Positions 13,151 through 27,353 are shown, numbered from the stretch's first letter. The stretch is DNA of 64,000 bases from Octopus vulgaris (GCA_951406725.2 OX597821.1:83886001-83950000); one strand, 5' to 3'. Made by a program: numbers and translations. The notes: generated by a model from the sequence alone, not told the origin.

Positions 13151-13696
13151 TCGCTGTAATATTTTATTCTGTTCTGTCACTTCTAAGTATGCATATATAC
13201 TTCCTATATATGTAAACATTCGTGACTCATAAATAGTATATAAGGTATATTCTTCTTAGAACTGATTTCTAAAATATTTAACGAGAATGGACAGGCGAGA
13301 CTACGTGGATAAGAAGCTCGCTTTGCAGTCACGTGGTTCTGGGTTCAGTCCCACAGTAAGCCACTTTGTGCAAATGTCTTCTACTATAACCACAGGCTCC
13401 CCAATTCATTCTGAGTGAATTTAGAAATATGTCGTAATATAATATGCAATGATGTGAACTCATGTGTTGATACAAATCATGTTGTATCTCTGGAGTGTCA
13501 TTACGCCAATGAACTAACAATAAAGGAATGACATTGAACCAGTGCATGTGTTTACTATTTTTGGCGTAATGATCCTTCTTAGATACAACAGCATATATAT
13601 ATGAGCCGGCAGGTCGATGTCTCCGGCGTCGGCCGCGCTGTAGCGCCAACGACCGCGAACGTTGCCCGGAGCCTCGCGGTCGCCGCCGCCTGCTTA

Positions 13697-14128
13697 GGCG
13701 TTGGAGTGGCTGTGTGGTAAGTAGTTTGCTTACCAACCACGTGATTCCGGGTTCAGTCCCACTGCGTGGCACCTTGGGCAAGTGCCTTCTCCTATAGCCT
13801 CGGGCCGGCCAAAGCCTTGTGAGTGGATTTGGTAGACCGAAACTGAAAGAAGCTCGACGTATATGTGTGTGTGTATATATTTATATGTGTGTCTTTTTGT
13901 TTGTATTTGTCTCCCCATCACCGATTCACTATTTGACAACCGGTGTTGGTGTGTTTTCATCCCCGTAACTTAGTGATTCAGCAAAAAAAAAAAAAAAAGA
14001 AACCGATAGAATAAGTACTAGGCTTTAAAAAGATAAGTCCTGGGGGTCGATTTGTTCGATTAAAACCCTTCAAAGTGGTGCTCCAGCATGGCCGCAGTCA
14101 AATGACTGAAACGAGTAAAAGAATAAAA
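13697..14128 (+). mobile_element. tRNA-derived SINE family A (about 430 bp), full length
   Basis: A box tggctgtgtgg, B box gttcagtcc, central gcaccttgggcaagtg, internal TG tract, tail aaatgactgaaac.agtaaaaga; many copies in the window. Confidence 0.92.
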
Positions 14129-14471
14129 AAATATATGTATGTATGTATGTATGTGTATCTTTGTGTCTGTGTTTATCCTCCTATTACTGCTTGATAACTG
14201 GTGTTGGTGTGTTTACGACCCCGTAAATTAGCGGTTCGGCAAAAGAGAACGATAGAATAAGTACTAGGCTTTAAATAAAATGTCCTAAAACCCCACAAAG
14301 CGGTGCTCCAGTATGGCCTCAATCAGATGACCGAAACAAGTAAAAGAATAAAAGAATATGAGTGGTAAGTAAATAGGAATGCCAAAGCGGAAACAGGGAT
14401 TGGGAAAAAGAATTTCGCAGCTCTGCTCTCGACCAGTTCTTCGCAACCTTGTTTTGCTTGCGGTACACTTA

Positions 14472-14635
14472 CCGTATTTTAACGTGTAGAAGGAACCCTA
14501 ATTTTGGGGCTTAAATTGTGGAAAAAAGGTTTTGTAAGGGCTTATAATATTATCCATATTTTTTAACTTATGATATTGTCCATATTTTTTAACCTAATTT
14601 TTGACAAAAAAGGGTTCCTCTTTAAAATTCAGCGG
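14472..14635. mobile_element. Degenerate TA-flanked MITE (pogo/Tigger-like ends)
   Basis: ta|ccgtatttt..aaggaaccc versus gggttcct..cgg|ta. Confidence 0.45.
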
Positions 14636-15184
14636 TACACGTGAACTAAAATTATAACCAAAAGTATAGGGAAAAAAATTATATCCAGGTTACACTGCGG
14701 CACACCTAACATCGTCTCGTGACACACCAGTGTGTCGCGGCATACTGGTTGCGGAACACTGCTCTAGACTAAATGAAACTGCATAAAATGCATATGGTCG
14801 CATCAGTCACAAGCTACGAATTATATAAAACAAAATGACCTACGCGAAAAATCTAAATATAAAAGAAATGCGTTCACATATTTCGGTACACAGTAACCGA
14901 ATTATCTATTTTTACATATCTGTGGCTATATTTAGTAAATTCTTTTTTTTTTTTTTAAGGAAAAATAATAAATAAAAGCTTTTATATTCTGACCAAATAT
15001 GTAGCGAATAGATATTGGTTAATATTGTGTCAAATATTTCATACAATATTTCGTACGATCGGGCGTAGGCACAGTTCTGTGGTTAGAGATGTTTGCTTCA
15101 CATTCCACGTGGTTCCGAGGATCCGGATGATTTAATACCACCGCGTGGGTTCTTGTGCAGGTTTTTGCTGTTGTAGATATTTTT

Positions 15185-15531
15185 TTGAAGCACTCCGTCG
15201 GTTACGACGACGAGGGTTCCGGTTGATCCAATCAACGGAACAGCCTGCTCGTGAAATTAACGTGTAAGTGGCTGAGCACTCCACAGACACGTGTACCATT
15301 AACGTAGTTCTCGGGGATATTCAGCGTGACACAGAGAGTGACAAGGTCGGCCCTTTGAAATACAGGTACAACAGAAACAGGAAGTAAGAGTGAGAGAAAG
15401 TTGTGGTGAAAGAGTACAGCAGGGATCACCACCACCCCCTGCCGGAGCCTCGTGGAGCTTTAGGTGTTTTCGCTCAATAAACACTCACAAAGCCCGGTCT
15501 GGGAATCGAAACCACTGGGCCATTGCGCCTC
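15185..15531 (-). mobile_element. tRNA-derived SINE family C, tail type 1, with a deletion in the head
   Basis: Head ggaggcgcaatggcccagtgg..tttcgattcccagacc; body shared with 21195-21387 and 36548-36848. Confidence 0.85.
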
Positions 15532-16047
15532 CTGTTGTAGATATGGTCCACGGTTGACTAACAACTTGTGAGTAAAATTGAAGTTCGTCGTAACACAAAC
15601 GCACGCGCGCGCACGCACACACACACGCGCACGCACACACACACGCATAAACACATGCAGACGCACATGCAGACGCGTACACACACACTGATACACACAT
15701 ATGCACAAGCACACACACACACACACGCGCACACAGACACATACGAGTTTCATTTTAACTCATGAGGTGTGTGTGTGTGTCTTAACTAAATATTTACATG
15801 CTCCGCCGAAGTCAACTTTGCCTTTCATCCTTTCGGGGTCGATAAATTAAGTACCAGTGAAACACTGGGGTCAATGTAATCGACTAGTCCCCTTCTGCAA
15901 AAACTTTAGGTCCTGTGCCTTTAGTAGAAAGGATTATAAATAGCTTTATTTGCTTTGAGATTCACTCTTCTTAAAAAGAACTCTTTCACGTTCTCGAAGT
16001 TTCTAAATTCTTCTGACGTCTTTATCTGTCTGTCTGTCCGTCTGTCC

Positions 16048-16221
<174 letters not shown>

Positions 16222-16366
16222 AGACACACACTCACGCACACATACACATACACACAAATACACACACACACAAACAAACACACAGCACACTCATATATAC
16301 CAAATATTAAGAGTGGCTATTCAAGCGATGAGCAATGTGTTCGCCAATGGTTAATGTGTTGGATGT

Positions 16367-16411
16367 GGTGCTGAGGAAGAAGCAACTACTCCTGAAATAT
16401 GCATATACACC
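16367..16411 (+). ncRNA. Type I hammerhead ribozyme-like motif with stem III palindrome AUAUGCAUAU
   Basis: ggtg-CTGAGGA-agaag caacta ctcct-GAAA-tatgcata-TA-cacc; stem I ggtg/cacc is perfect; triplet AUA. Confidence 0.75.
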
Positions 16412-16744
16412 TATCACCCAGTTTTCCATCTTCGATCGTATTGTTTACATAGACGTATTCGTACGCAAAACTACGTAACTTTCAGTGTTGGCTCTAATTT
16501 TTATAGAATACTTGTAGAGATAACTTTAAGAAGTGAAATATCAAAAGTTTCTTTTTGATTAGGTACAAAGGCCTCGGATATCAAAGACAGAGAAAGTGGA
16601 ATCAGTGATGAAATAAAATGGCACAATATCAAATAAATTATCAGTAGGAGGTCGAGGGAATCTTTTGCGTTGCTAGAAATAACAGCCAAATCTAACTCAA
16701 ATGTCACCCAGATAATGTAGTACTGGACATTATATTTATATTTT

Positions 16745-16960
16745 ATCTTTTATCTTTGACTTCTTTCAGTCATTAGACTGTGGCCATGCTGTGGCACCGC
16801 CTTGAAGAGTTTTTAGTCGAATGAATCGACTCCCAGTACTTTTTAAAGTCTGGTGCTTATTCTATCGGTCACTTTTGCTGAGCCGCTAGTTTACGAGGAC
16901 ATAACACACCAATACTGATTGTTAAGCGATGATGAGAGACAAGTACAGGCACAAAGACAC
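16745..16960 (-). mobile_element. SINE A 3' fragment
   Basis: ttcagtcattagactgtggccatgctg..cttattctatcggtc. Confidence 0.8.
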
Positions 16961-17073
16961 ACACATACACACACACACACACACACAAAGACACACGCAT
17001 TTACATACATACATACGCACACATTTTACACACATGCACACATATATGCGTCTAGCATCCTTACTATATATAC

Positions 17074-17118
<45 letters not shown>

Positions 17119-17121
<3 letters not shown>

Positions 17122-17513
17122 TTATATATAAAAGTGAAGTTGTGTGTCTGTCTCATACGATTTAGATTCCTAACTACTCCCACATTTTGCGGTGCAGTGT
17201 AACCAAAAGCGGGTATCTTATAGTCGTGATTCATATTGAGCCCTTCTGGGTATTAGCGCGCGTCTACGATGAGTCTACGATTTAAAAAAAATTTACCATC
17301 ATGTTTTCCCATTTTTAATGCATTTTTTTGCTATTATATAAGGGAAGTAACTCTCTAAAAATGTATTATTAAATCTCAGAACGTATAAAGCTACAGTAAC
17401 ACCCCCCCTTTGTGGTTAGCCATATCGAGATGGCTATTATACTTTACATCTCTAAAAATGCTTATATAGCTATTTCCCTTACAAACCCGAGCAACGCCGG
17501 GCGATACTGCTAG
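17119..17513 (+). mobile_element. Non-autonomous Helitron (395 bp)
   Basis: 5' TCtttatatataaaag; subterminal hairpin cccg-agcaacgc-cggg (17486-17501); 3' CTAG; inserted between A and T with no TSD. Confidence 0.85.
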
Positions 17514-17689
17514 TATATATAAGGATCAAAACAGTTTGATTCAAACTCCTTGGTACATTAAGCTTCAAGCTTGATACTAATCCCGCTTGAAACTCAGAGT
17601 ACCAAGGACTTTGAATCAAGCTGTTTTGATCCATACATGTAATTCCCAATAAATGTGTTGAGTGCCTGTTTTTCGCTTCTCTGCTCATT

Positions 17690-17721
<32 letters not shown>

Positions 17722-17800
17722 TGTATGTATGCATGTATGTATGTATGTGTATATGTGTGTGTGTTTATATATATATGTATATATATATATATATATAAAA

Positions 17801-17879
<79 letters not shown>

Positions 17880-17903
17880 GGTTTGGAGGTGATGTACAGG
17901 TAT

Positions 17904-18104
17904 TATATATTAGAAAAAATAAGGTACTCAGAAATCTCGATGGTTGTACATTTACAGACTTTTATTAATACGTCACATGTTTTTATAAATCATATATTAG
18001 CGCTTGCATCTACTCTAGTAGATTCTTCAGAGTAGTTGCAAGCGCTAATATATGATTTATAAAAATATGTGACATGTTAATACAAATATTTTTTCTAATA
18101 TATA
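17904..18104. repeat. Nested inverted-repeat element in (TA)n
   Basis: 18-bp outer IR (17904-17921/18087-18104) and about 54-bp inner IR (17963-18016/18029-18082). Confidence 0.85.
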
Positions 18105-19296
18105 TATATATATATATGTTCTTGGTTGGGATGTTTTTGATGATTGATGTCCAGGACTGAATTGGCGCAGAACAACAAACAATCTTTCTCGCATTTTATC
18201 TTTTGTCTTACAACGTTCACAATCGAAAGTTAAACTGAATGCCTTGTCGTATTTCATGCCGTCGCTTTTGATTTTAAGTTCAAATTCCGCTGAGATCGAC
18301 ATATACTTTCCAACCTTCCGGAGTGAATAAGAAATGAAGTCAAGTGCTGGCGCCTGTTCAAGTTTTCGCTTCCCTCTACTTATTGACTTACTGTTCCATA
18401 TTTATTTTTCGTTTTTCCTTTTTATATTTCTATTTTTACATTTTCCGAAATTGTACTGCTTCACTGAATATACTGTCTTCTCTCTTTCCCTTCTTATTCT
18501 GTTGTTACTACAACATCCTCTACTCCTCTAGACTAGCTGGTCCGCCAGACGAAATCGTCTCACGTCACTCCTTTCGCTACCTCTATTGTTTTTCATTTAA
18601 CCCCATTCTGTAATTAAGGAATTTAAAATAAAGAGAAGTCTATTCATCCCATCCTCAAAACAACAAGAAACAAACAAATAAAAAAATGCGTGGATTTGTA
18701 GCATTTTGCAAAAAACAACAAATCCTTGTATATTATACTTGACCGCACCGAAATGGCAATACCACATTATCTGTCTTCTTCATTCTCAGAGGAAGAACAA
18801 GATCGGAAGCATTACAATAAATGAATTCATGAGTGAACTGTCTAAAGACGACGAGACGGCGGACCCTGTTCGGCAGTAATTCTTTTACTTGTCAGTCATT
18901 TGACGGCGGCCATACTGGAGTACCGCTTTGACGAGTTTTAGACGAGCAAATCGACGCCAGGACTTGTTTTTCGTTTTAAAGCCCAGTACTTATTCTATCG
19001 ATCCCTTTTACCGAACCGTCAAGGTACGGGTATGTAAACACCAACAAGCGGTGATGGGGGACAACCACAGACACAAAGACACACACATAGATACATACAT
19101 ACATCCATCCATCCATCCATACATATGGTTGAAATTTATTGAAAAACAAAAGACGAAGACAGGTGTGTGAAGAACAAGCAAGTGTATTGGTTTGGCGCAG
19201 CAGAAAGGAACAAGAGAAGATTAACAGAGAGAGAATGATATATGTGTGCGTGTATGTGTGTGTGCGTGTGTGTGTGTGTTTATATATATATATATA

Positions 19297-19590
19297 AAAT
19301 ACAAAAATGGGACAAGAACGCAAAACATCCAGACAACGATACAAAGAAAACAAGGACGGGTCATTCGGAGATTTCTTTCCTAAGTCGAGTTCCAGGTTAT
19401 CTTTGCAATTTCGGCTGGTTATATTCGAGATTGCTCCAATGTGGCCAGCCTCAAGGAAAAACTAAACTAAGAGCACTAGATTCCTTGGAAGAAAGCAGCG
19501 AATGTATACGAAAACAAGGACGAAAAATAAAAACGGAGAAATGTTACACAAATACAAATGCAAATAACAGGAAGTCAAAAAGTTTTAGTC
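19297..19590. mobile_element. Family D (TA)n-associated interspersed repeat (tacaaaatgggacaagaacgcaaaacatcc...)
   Basis: Copies at about 42290-42445, 46215-46570 and, inverted, 61530-61890; conserved tgaCTGANGA on the opposite strand. Confidence 0.75.
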
Positions 19591-20063
19591 ATTGATTTAT
19601 ATTGATTAATGAAGACTACTGTTGAATAGTTGGGGATTCTCTTCTCTATGTATTATACTTCATCGGTTGTCAAGCAGGAATAAACACACACACATACACA
19701 CGCGCGCGCGCACACACACATTTCAAAAATTTAACACAAACGGAAAATTTTAAGAAACAGAAAATTTGTAGCTAAATCTCCATCACTCAACGACCAAAAG
19801 ATCATTACAATTTCGCACTTTTAACGTTGGTATTATTCACTTTTGGTGGCGCCAGTGTTGAAAAGCCTCTGGGAATAGCCATCGTACGTACAAGACAATG
19901 ACGAAAACAACCGTGACAAAATGAAATATACATATATAACAAAAAAAAAAAACATGTAGACCGTGGATATGGGGTAACGCAAAGGAAAATGAAAATGTGC
20001 CGTAGGACTGGTTACGAAAGAAAGACATTCAGAAAGTCAGATACACGCGCGCGGGCACACCCG

Positions 20064-20142
<79 letters not shown>

Positions 20143-20694
20143 TTAGGCGACAGGTAGCCACTCAGTTTCTGCCAGTCGAGACATTGATCGAGCCAGGCTA
20201 TGATATAATACACTTACACGCCCCGGGCCCCACACGTTAGAACTGAACCCGAAACTACTTGGTTGCTAAATGAGCTTGTTGTCAACTTGCAACAAACAAC
20301 AGGAGCATTGACCCCATAAACGTCACATTCCTTGAAGAACACGTGAAAGACATTGCCACGGGGTCCTTCCAGTAGACAAAGCCAATGAAAAGAAAAAATG
20401 GGGAGACGGATCGGAGGCTCGAATCCAGTAACCGCAGCTATAACCAGCCATCTTGGGTGTCAACGGTCTTTTCTACATAACCCTTCGTAGTTTCTTGATG
20501 TAGCAGAAGTAGTTGTTGTTGTGTAGTGACAGGTCATCCCCGATCGATCTTGATCTATTATCAAAATCGTTTCAGCCGTAACTCCCTAGTCCTCCTCTCA
20601 CGCATTGCACACCTCAGTCTATATTAATGAGCGTGAAATTCTATTAAAGGAAATAACGCGCAATTATAAGGAAATTTGGCTACTTGTTGTTGCT

Positions 20695-20904
20695 GTCTTC
20701 TTCTTCTTCTTCTTCTTCTTCTTCTTCTTCTTCTTCTTCTTCTTCTTCTTCTTCTTCTTCTTCTTCTTCTTCTTCTTCTTCTTCTCCTCCTCCTCCTCCT
20801 CCTTCTTCTTCTTCTTCTTCTTCTTCTTCTTCTCCTCCTCCTCCTCCTCCTCCTCCTTCTTCTTCTTCTTCTTCTTCTTCTTCTTCTTCTTCTTCTTCTT
20901 CTTC
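20695..20904. repeat. (TTC)n/(CTC)n tract
   Basis: Direct reading. Confidence 0.97.
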
Positions 20905-21194
20905 CAATCAGGACTCACGCCATTAGCCACAAAGAATAATCTCTAATTCGAGCCTACTCTAAGCTACTAAGAATGCGTGTGGCAACTTGAAGATCCACCC
21001 CACCACACGCAATAGACTGGCGGTTGCACGGGTGCGGAAGCTACGTTGTTATCCTCATTCCGTAAACGGTGGCTTTTTAACGGGTGGAGAGTTGAACCAT
21101 CCTGGGGTACAGAGGATTCGCAATCTAGACTAGGGTCTGAAAATTTACCACACCATATTGGGTTATACCATGGTTCCTCTGCTTTGTGACAGAA

Positions 21195-21387
21195 GTAGGA
21201 AGAAAGAGTGAGAGAAAGTTGTGGTGAAAGAGTACAGCGGGGTTCACCCCACTCACCCCGCTGCTGGAACCTCGTGGAGCTTTGGTGTTTTTGCTCAATA
21301 AACTCTCACAATTCATTGTCTGGGAATCGAAACCGCGTTCTTACAACCGCGAATCCGCTGCCCTAACCACTAGGCCATTGCGCCTCC
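21195..21387 (-). mobile_element. SINE C head and body
   Basis: ggaggcgcaatggcctagtggttagggcagcggattcgcgg..tttcgattcccagac. Confidence 0.85.
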
Positions 21388-21396
21388 TGTTGTTAC

Positions 21397-21436
<40 letters not shown>

Positions 21437-22569
21437 ATTGCGGTTGCTGCTGCTGTTGTTATTTTTCAAGAAGTATTCCTTTCATTTTTAAAATCGCTTT
21501 CGATTCTGAGCTTTAGCTATTTTATATGTTCCACTAAATGATAGCTCATTTTTTTTTCTTTCTCAGAAACTAGAAACACTGATCACAAAAAGGTAACTAC
21601 ATACATACATACATACATACATACATACATACATACATACATACATGCATGCATGCATGCATGCATACATACATGCATACATACATGCATACATATACGC
21701 ATGCACACACACACACACACACACACGCGCACACTCACACACATATGTATGACACTAATGTGACTGTACGTGTGAATTTATGTGTGTGTGTGTGTGTATA
21801 TGCATGTGTGAGAGACAGACGGACAGACAGAGAAAGAGAAGGAGAAGCAGGTGTGTGTTTGTGTGTGTTCTATCAGCAAAAGATACAGAGACAAAGGTTA
21901 ATTTACGGTGACCCTAATTATATTCTTTGCAATGTTTTCTTTGTTTGCGGGGCCGAATCAAGGTAAAGTATGCTGACCCTTGGCGTCTGTATAAAAAGCG
22001 GTCCCTATAAAATGGCATTTAACTTCTTTAGTTCATTAATTGCTAGGGTGGAGGAAGTAAAACCTTTTAAATTACAAAGGTAACGATGTCCGAGCACAAA
22101 GTTATATCTCTTAACAATATATCTGAAGACTTCTTTACAGTGTCTTTTGATGTGAACAGGCAAACCTTTCGTGTTTGTGTATAATACAAAAGGACAGAGA
22201 ATGGAGCACATCTTTATTATTAGACACAGTTGTTAAGGCAGCAAGCCTATAGAACTGTTAGCACGCCGGATAAAAAAAATGCTTAGCGGCATTTAATCCG
22301 TCTCTACGCTCCGAGTTCAAATTTCGCCGAGTTCGACTTTGCCTTTCTTCCTTTCGGTGTTGAGGAAACAAGTGTTCATAAATTATCGTTACATTTTGTA
22401 GATTTGTTACGAGCAACCAATGGAGCTCCCGTGGAAGTGTTCAGATGTTTCTAAAAAAACACGTTATTTGCTTTGCCTGTTTTCCAATAAACTCTGCTGA
22501 GTTATCCTTAGTTTTCATATTTTCTAAGCGTTTCAAATTGTAAAGGTAATTTATGGACACGTAGTAAGC

Positions 22570-22793
22570 ATACATAAATACATACATACATACATACATT
22601 CATTCATTCATACATACATACATACATACATACATACATACATACATACATACATTCATACATACATACATATATACATACATACATACATTCATTCATT
22701 CATACATACATACATACATACATACATACATACATACACACACACACATACATACATACATACATACATACATACATTCATTCATTCATACAT

Positions 22794-22824
<31 letters not shown>

Positions 22825-23948
22825 TACATACATACATACATTCATTCATTCATACATACATACATACATACATACATACATACACACACACATACATACA
22901 TACATACATACATACATACATACACACACACACATACATACATACATACATACATACATACATTCATTCATTCATACATACATACATACATACATACATA
23001 CATTCATTCATTCATTCATACATACATACATACATACATACATACACACACACATACATACATACATACATACATTCATTCATTCATTCATTCATACATA
23101 CATACATACATACATACATACATACATACACACACATACATACATACATACATACATACATACATACATACATACACACACACATACATTCATTCATTCA
23201 TTCATTCATAAATACATACATACATACATACATACATACATACACACACACACATACATACATACATACATACATACATACATTCATTCATTCATTCATT
23301 CATACATACATACATACATACATACATTCATACATACATACATACATACATTCATTCATACATACATACATACATACATACATACACACATACATACATA
23401 CATACATACATACATACATACATACATACATACATACATACATACATAGATACATACATACACACACACATACATACACACACACACATACATACATACA
23501 TACACACACATACATACATACATACATACATACATACACACATACACACATACATACATACATACATACATACATTCATTCATTCATACATACATACATA
23601 CATACATACACACACACATACATACATAAATACATACATACACACACACACACACATACATACATACATACATACATACATACATACTCACACACATACA
23701 TACATACATACATACATATACACACACATACATACACACACACATACACACATACATACACACACGTACATACATACATACACACATATACACACACATA
23801 CATACACAAACATACATACATACACACACATACATACATACATACATACATACATTCATTCATTCATACATACATACACACACACACATACATACATACA
23901 TACATACATACATACATACATACATACATACATACATACATACATACA
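22570..23948. repeat. About 1.38-kb compound (CATA)n/(CATT)n/(CA)n array
   Basis: Direct reading. Confidence 0.97.
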
Positions 23949-24082
23949 ACGTATGGGGGTGTAGTTCACAGGTGATCTAAACGATTAGGTACGCTAGGTA
24001 AGTGCTGTAACGGATTACTGGGGTTCCAAGGTTATAGCCGAGACGGTAGTTATGGAGCCATTGCAGATTTCCGATGCAGCGG

Positions 24083-24235
24083 ATATATATAATTGTTAAA
24101 CAGGATAGCAAACATTAAGGCAAGGCAAACATCTCAAATCATATACAATATTATTACAGGAAGAAATTGTATACAATGTTATTATAGGAAGAAATTCAGA
24201 ATACTTGCTGTCCTGTTTAACAATTATATATATAT
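24083..24235. mobile_element. Small MITE-like element with about 30-bp TIRs in a TA context
   Basis: atataattgttaaacaggatagcaa versus ttgctgtcctgtttaacaattatat. Confidence 0.6.
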
Positions 24236-24343
24236 ATATATAGTTAATCCAAACATGAAAACACACAGAGAAAACACAACAACGTGAGGACGTGGAAGAA
24301 ATATGGTATTATTGGGCGCTCAGGAAGGAAGGGAAGACGGAGG

Positions 24344-24378
24344 GTTTTACGTTTCGAGCGGAACTCTTCGTCAGAAAC
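24344..24378 (-). ncRNA. Minimal type I hammerhead motif in a family E variant (element about 24242-24447)
   Basis: gttt-CTGACGA-a-gagt tcc gctc-GAAA-c-GTA-aaac; stem I gttt/aaac; stem III palindrome ACGT; element flanked by (TA)n on both sides. Confidence 0.72.
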
Positions 24379-24444
24379 ATAGGAAAAGGAAAGATCCAGA
24401 GAGGGAAGACGGAGGAAAAAAGATCGTCAACGGTACACACGCGG

Positions 24445-24500
<56 letters not shown>

Positions 24501-26949
24501 CAGTTTCCGTCTACTTGATTTGCTCTTACGGCTTGGGTCGTCCCCAGATTTGATAGAAGACACTTGCCAAAGGTGAACATTGTGAGACTGAACCTGGGGC
24601 CGTGTGGTTGGGAGACAAACTTCTTACCATACCGTTACATTTATTTTTATATCTATCTATTTATTTATTATTATTTTTCTTGTAACTCCTACAGTTGTCA
24701 TGAACTTTTCCTCTTTGTTTTAAGGTGTTAATAACATCATTTGAACATATGCTAGTAACCGCTTTGTGGAATCCATTTTTTTTTACTGTTGTTGTGAATC
24801 CTTGGAATCTAAGGTCGGTTAACCCAGTTTCTGTAGCGTGTAGATGACCGACTTCATAACACACACCACCCATCCTTTAAGGGCCAGCAGTTTTGAGGAA
24901 AGGAATGCATGAAAGTTGCCTTTCCTTATTTTCGAGATCGATTAAATAAACTACAAGTCATATATTGGGCTCGGTATAATCGACTTGTTCCTCGGTGGGA
25001 GTTGAACTCAAAACCCTAGAGAGTCGGAAGAATAGCCTTTAAGCACTTTGTTCGACGCGCTAACGATTCTGCCAACTCATTTTGTCATACAATACATTAA
25101 AAGACTTGAAAGTATCATTAGCTTTTTGAAACAGATGTTACTCTTGGTTCAGTTATTTATGATAATTGTTTTTATTTTTGACCCCGCTGGTCATCAACAT
25201 TCTAGCTGGACACTCATTAGTTCTTGATTGGTGTTATTAAAAATAACTTACAGGATTTTTGGTTGTAGAAACATTGTGGGGTGATCACCTGATACCTGAT
25301 GCCCTCGTCACAAATGGTAAATGAATACCACATCTAGATAATCCAGTAGAATGGAAACTCCAAGCGATACATAAGGAGCAAATGAATGAATGTCATCACA
25401 TAATAGTCTTCCCGCATTGACAACAAATTCCGACCAATTTAAATTCATGTTGGGAATATTTTAACAAGTTCACTCTCGATTTAGTCTCCGCTCAAGAAGA
25501 ATTGTACATATTATTCATACAATTAAACACAAGGTCAAACTGCATTGTTCCCCCCACCCCCACCCCACCCCGCAAATCTCTCAGAGGTCAACTCTGCTTT
25601 CTATTTTATTTTCGTCAAGAGATACAATAAAGTATTCAAGTATTGGGGGTCAATTTAATCGACAAAGTTCATTCCCCTTTGATCTATATCAAACAATAAG
25701 CATAACTTAGACCAGTGGTTCCCAACTTTTTCACTACCAAGGACCCCTTCTATTGAAATGAGTTTTCCCATGGATATCTTTTAATATGCTTGTCTTTATG
25801 TGTGTATATATATATATATATATAAAATGCTTAGCGGATAAAAAATGGTTAGCGGCATTTTGTCCGCCCTAGTGTTCTGAGTTCAAATTCTTTCTGGATC
25901 GATAAAATAAATACCAGTTGACGGCTGGGGTCGATATAATCGACTTACCCCTTTCACTAAAATTACTGACCTGGAACTAAAATTTGAAATCATTATTATT
26001 GACATGTTCACTTAAACAATTAGAGAAACTAAATAGTATTTATAAATATCAAGACAAAAATATTGATTTCTAACATGGGGGATAAAATCACACATGATGT
26101 GAGGTGGGTAGCGTTGATTGGGGGGGGGGGGTGAATGAGAGCGAACACTCGATCATATCGCTTCCCAACCCAGTACTTGGTTGACATTACAATATTAAAT
26201 ATGCATCTATATAAATCATGTAAATGTTTAATGAACTACATTCAGTTCGATATCAATATTCAATGCAAGAGATCAATATATTGAATTTTGATATATGTAT
26301 TTTTAATAAACAATGTTGCTTTGTTCTTAAGTAAAATTTACACGCTTCAATTAGTCATCATTAAAAAACATTATTTAAAAAAAAAGCGATTTTCTCCACA
26401 TTATGGTTAAAGAACGTCTCTTTGGAATCATATGGGTTTCGGATTCGGTACCACTGCATGGCACTTTGGGAAAGAGTAGTCTACTATAGATAGTCCTGGA
26501 CCGACCAACCAATTCCTTGTGAGTGAATTTGGTTGACGAAAATTGTGTGGTAGCCCGTCATAAATATATGTGTGTGTATGTGTGTGTTTGTGCGTGTGCG
26601 TTTGTGCACGCGTGCGTGTTTTCCCCACCATGGCTTGTCAACCAGTGTTGGTTTGTTTGCGTCCCGTCACGTAGCAATTCGCCAAAAGTAACCAATGGAA
26701 TGAGTATCAGGCTTCAAAATAGATACTGGAGTATATCTGTTAGAAGAAACCCTTCAAGGTGGTGCTCCAGAATAACCGCAGTCTAATAACAAACAAGTAA
26801 AAGATAAAAAAAAGCATAATAGATAAAAGACATTGAAATTTAAAACTTCCTGAAAATACAGAGCCTGTGCCTTGTACAACTCTTTTGTTATAATAATCAA
26901 TCTCCCTTATTTTGAAAGGGTCATTATGCTCATAATAAACACACGCACG

Positions 26950-27298
26950 CTCTTTTACTCTTTTACTTGTTTCAGTCATTTGACTGTGGCCATGCTGGAG
27001 CACCGCCTTTAGTCGAGCAAATCGACCCCAGGACTTATTCTTTGTAAGCCTAGTACTTATTCTATCGGTCTCTCTTGCCGAACCGCTAAGTGACGGGGGC
27101 GTAAACACACCAGCATCGGTTGTCAAACGATGTCGGGGAGGGGGGACAAACACAGACACGCAAACACATACACGCAAACACATACACGCACATACATACA
27201 TATATATATATACGACGGGTTTTTTTCAGTTTCCGTCTACCAAATCCACTCACAAGGCTACAGTAGAATCACTTGCCCAATGTGCCACACAGTGGGAA
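26950..27298 (-). mobile_element. SINE A copy, internally deleted in the head
   Basis: Near-consensus tail and body. Confidence 0.88.
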
Positions 27299-27353
27299 TG
27301 ACCGATTTGGCAGAATAGACCGACATAATAAGTGACAGATTAACAAAAAAAAT

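Noticed and set aside
25100-25520. Possible Penelope linker-region remnant on the minus strand
   Set aside because: Only a faint KIFP..R..L pattern with stops; not supportable without a search
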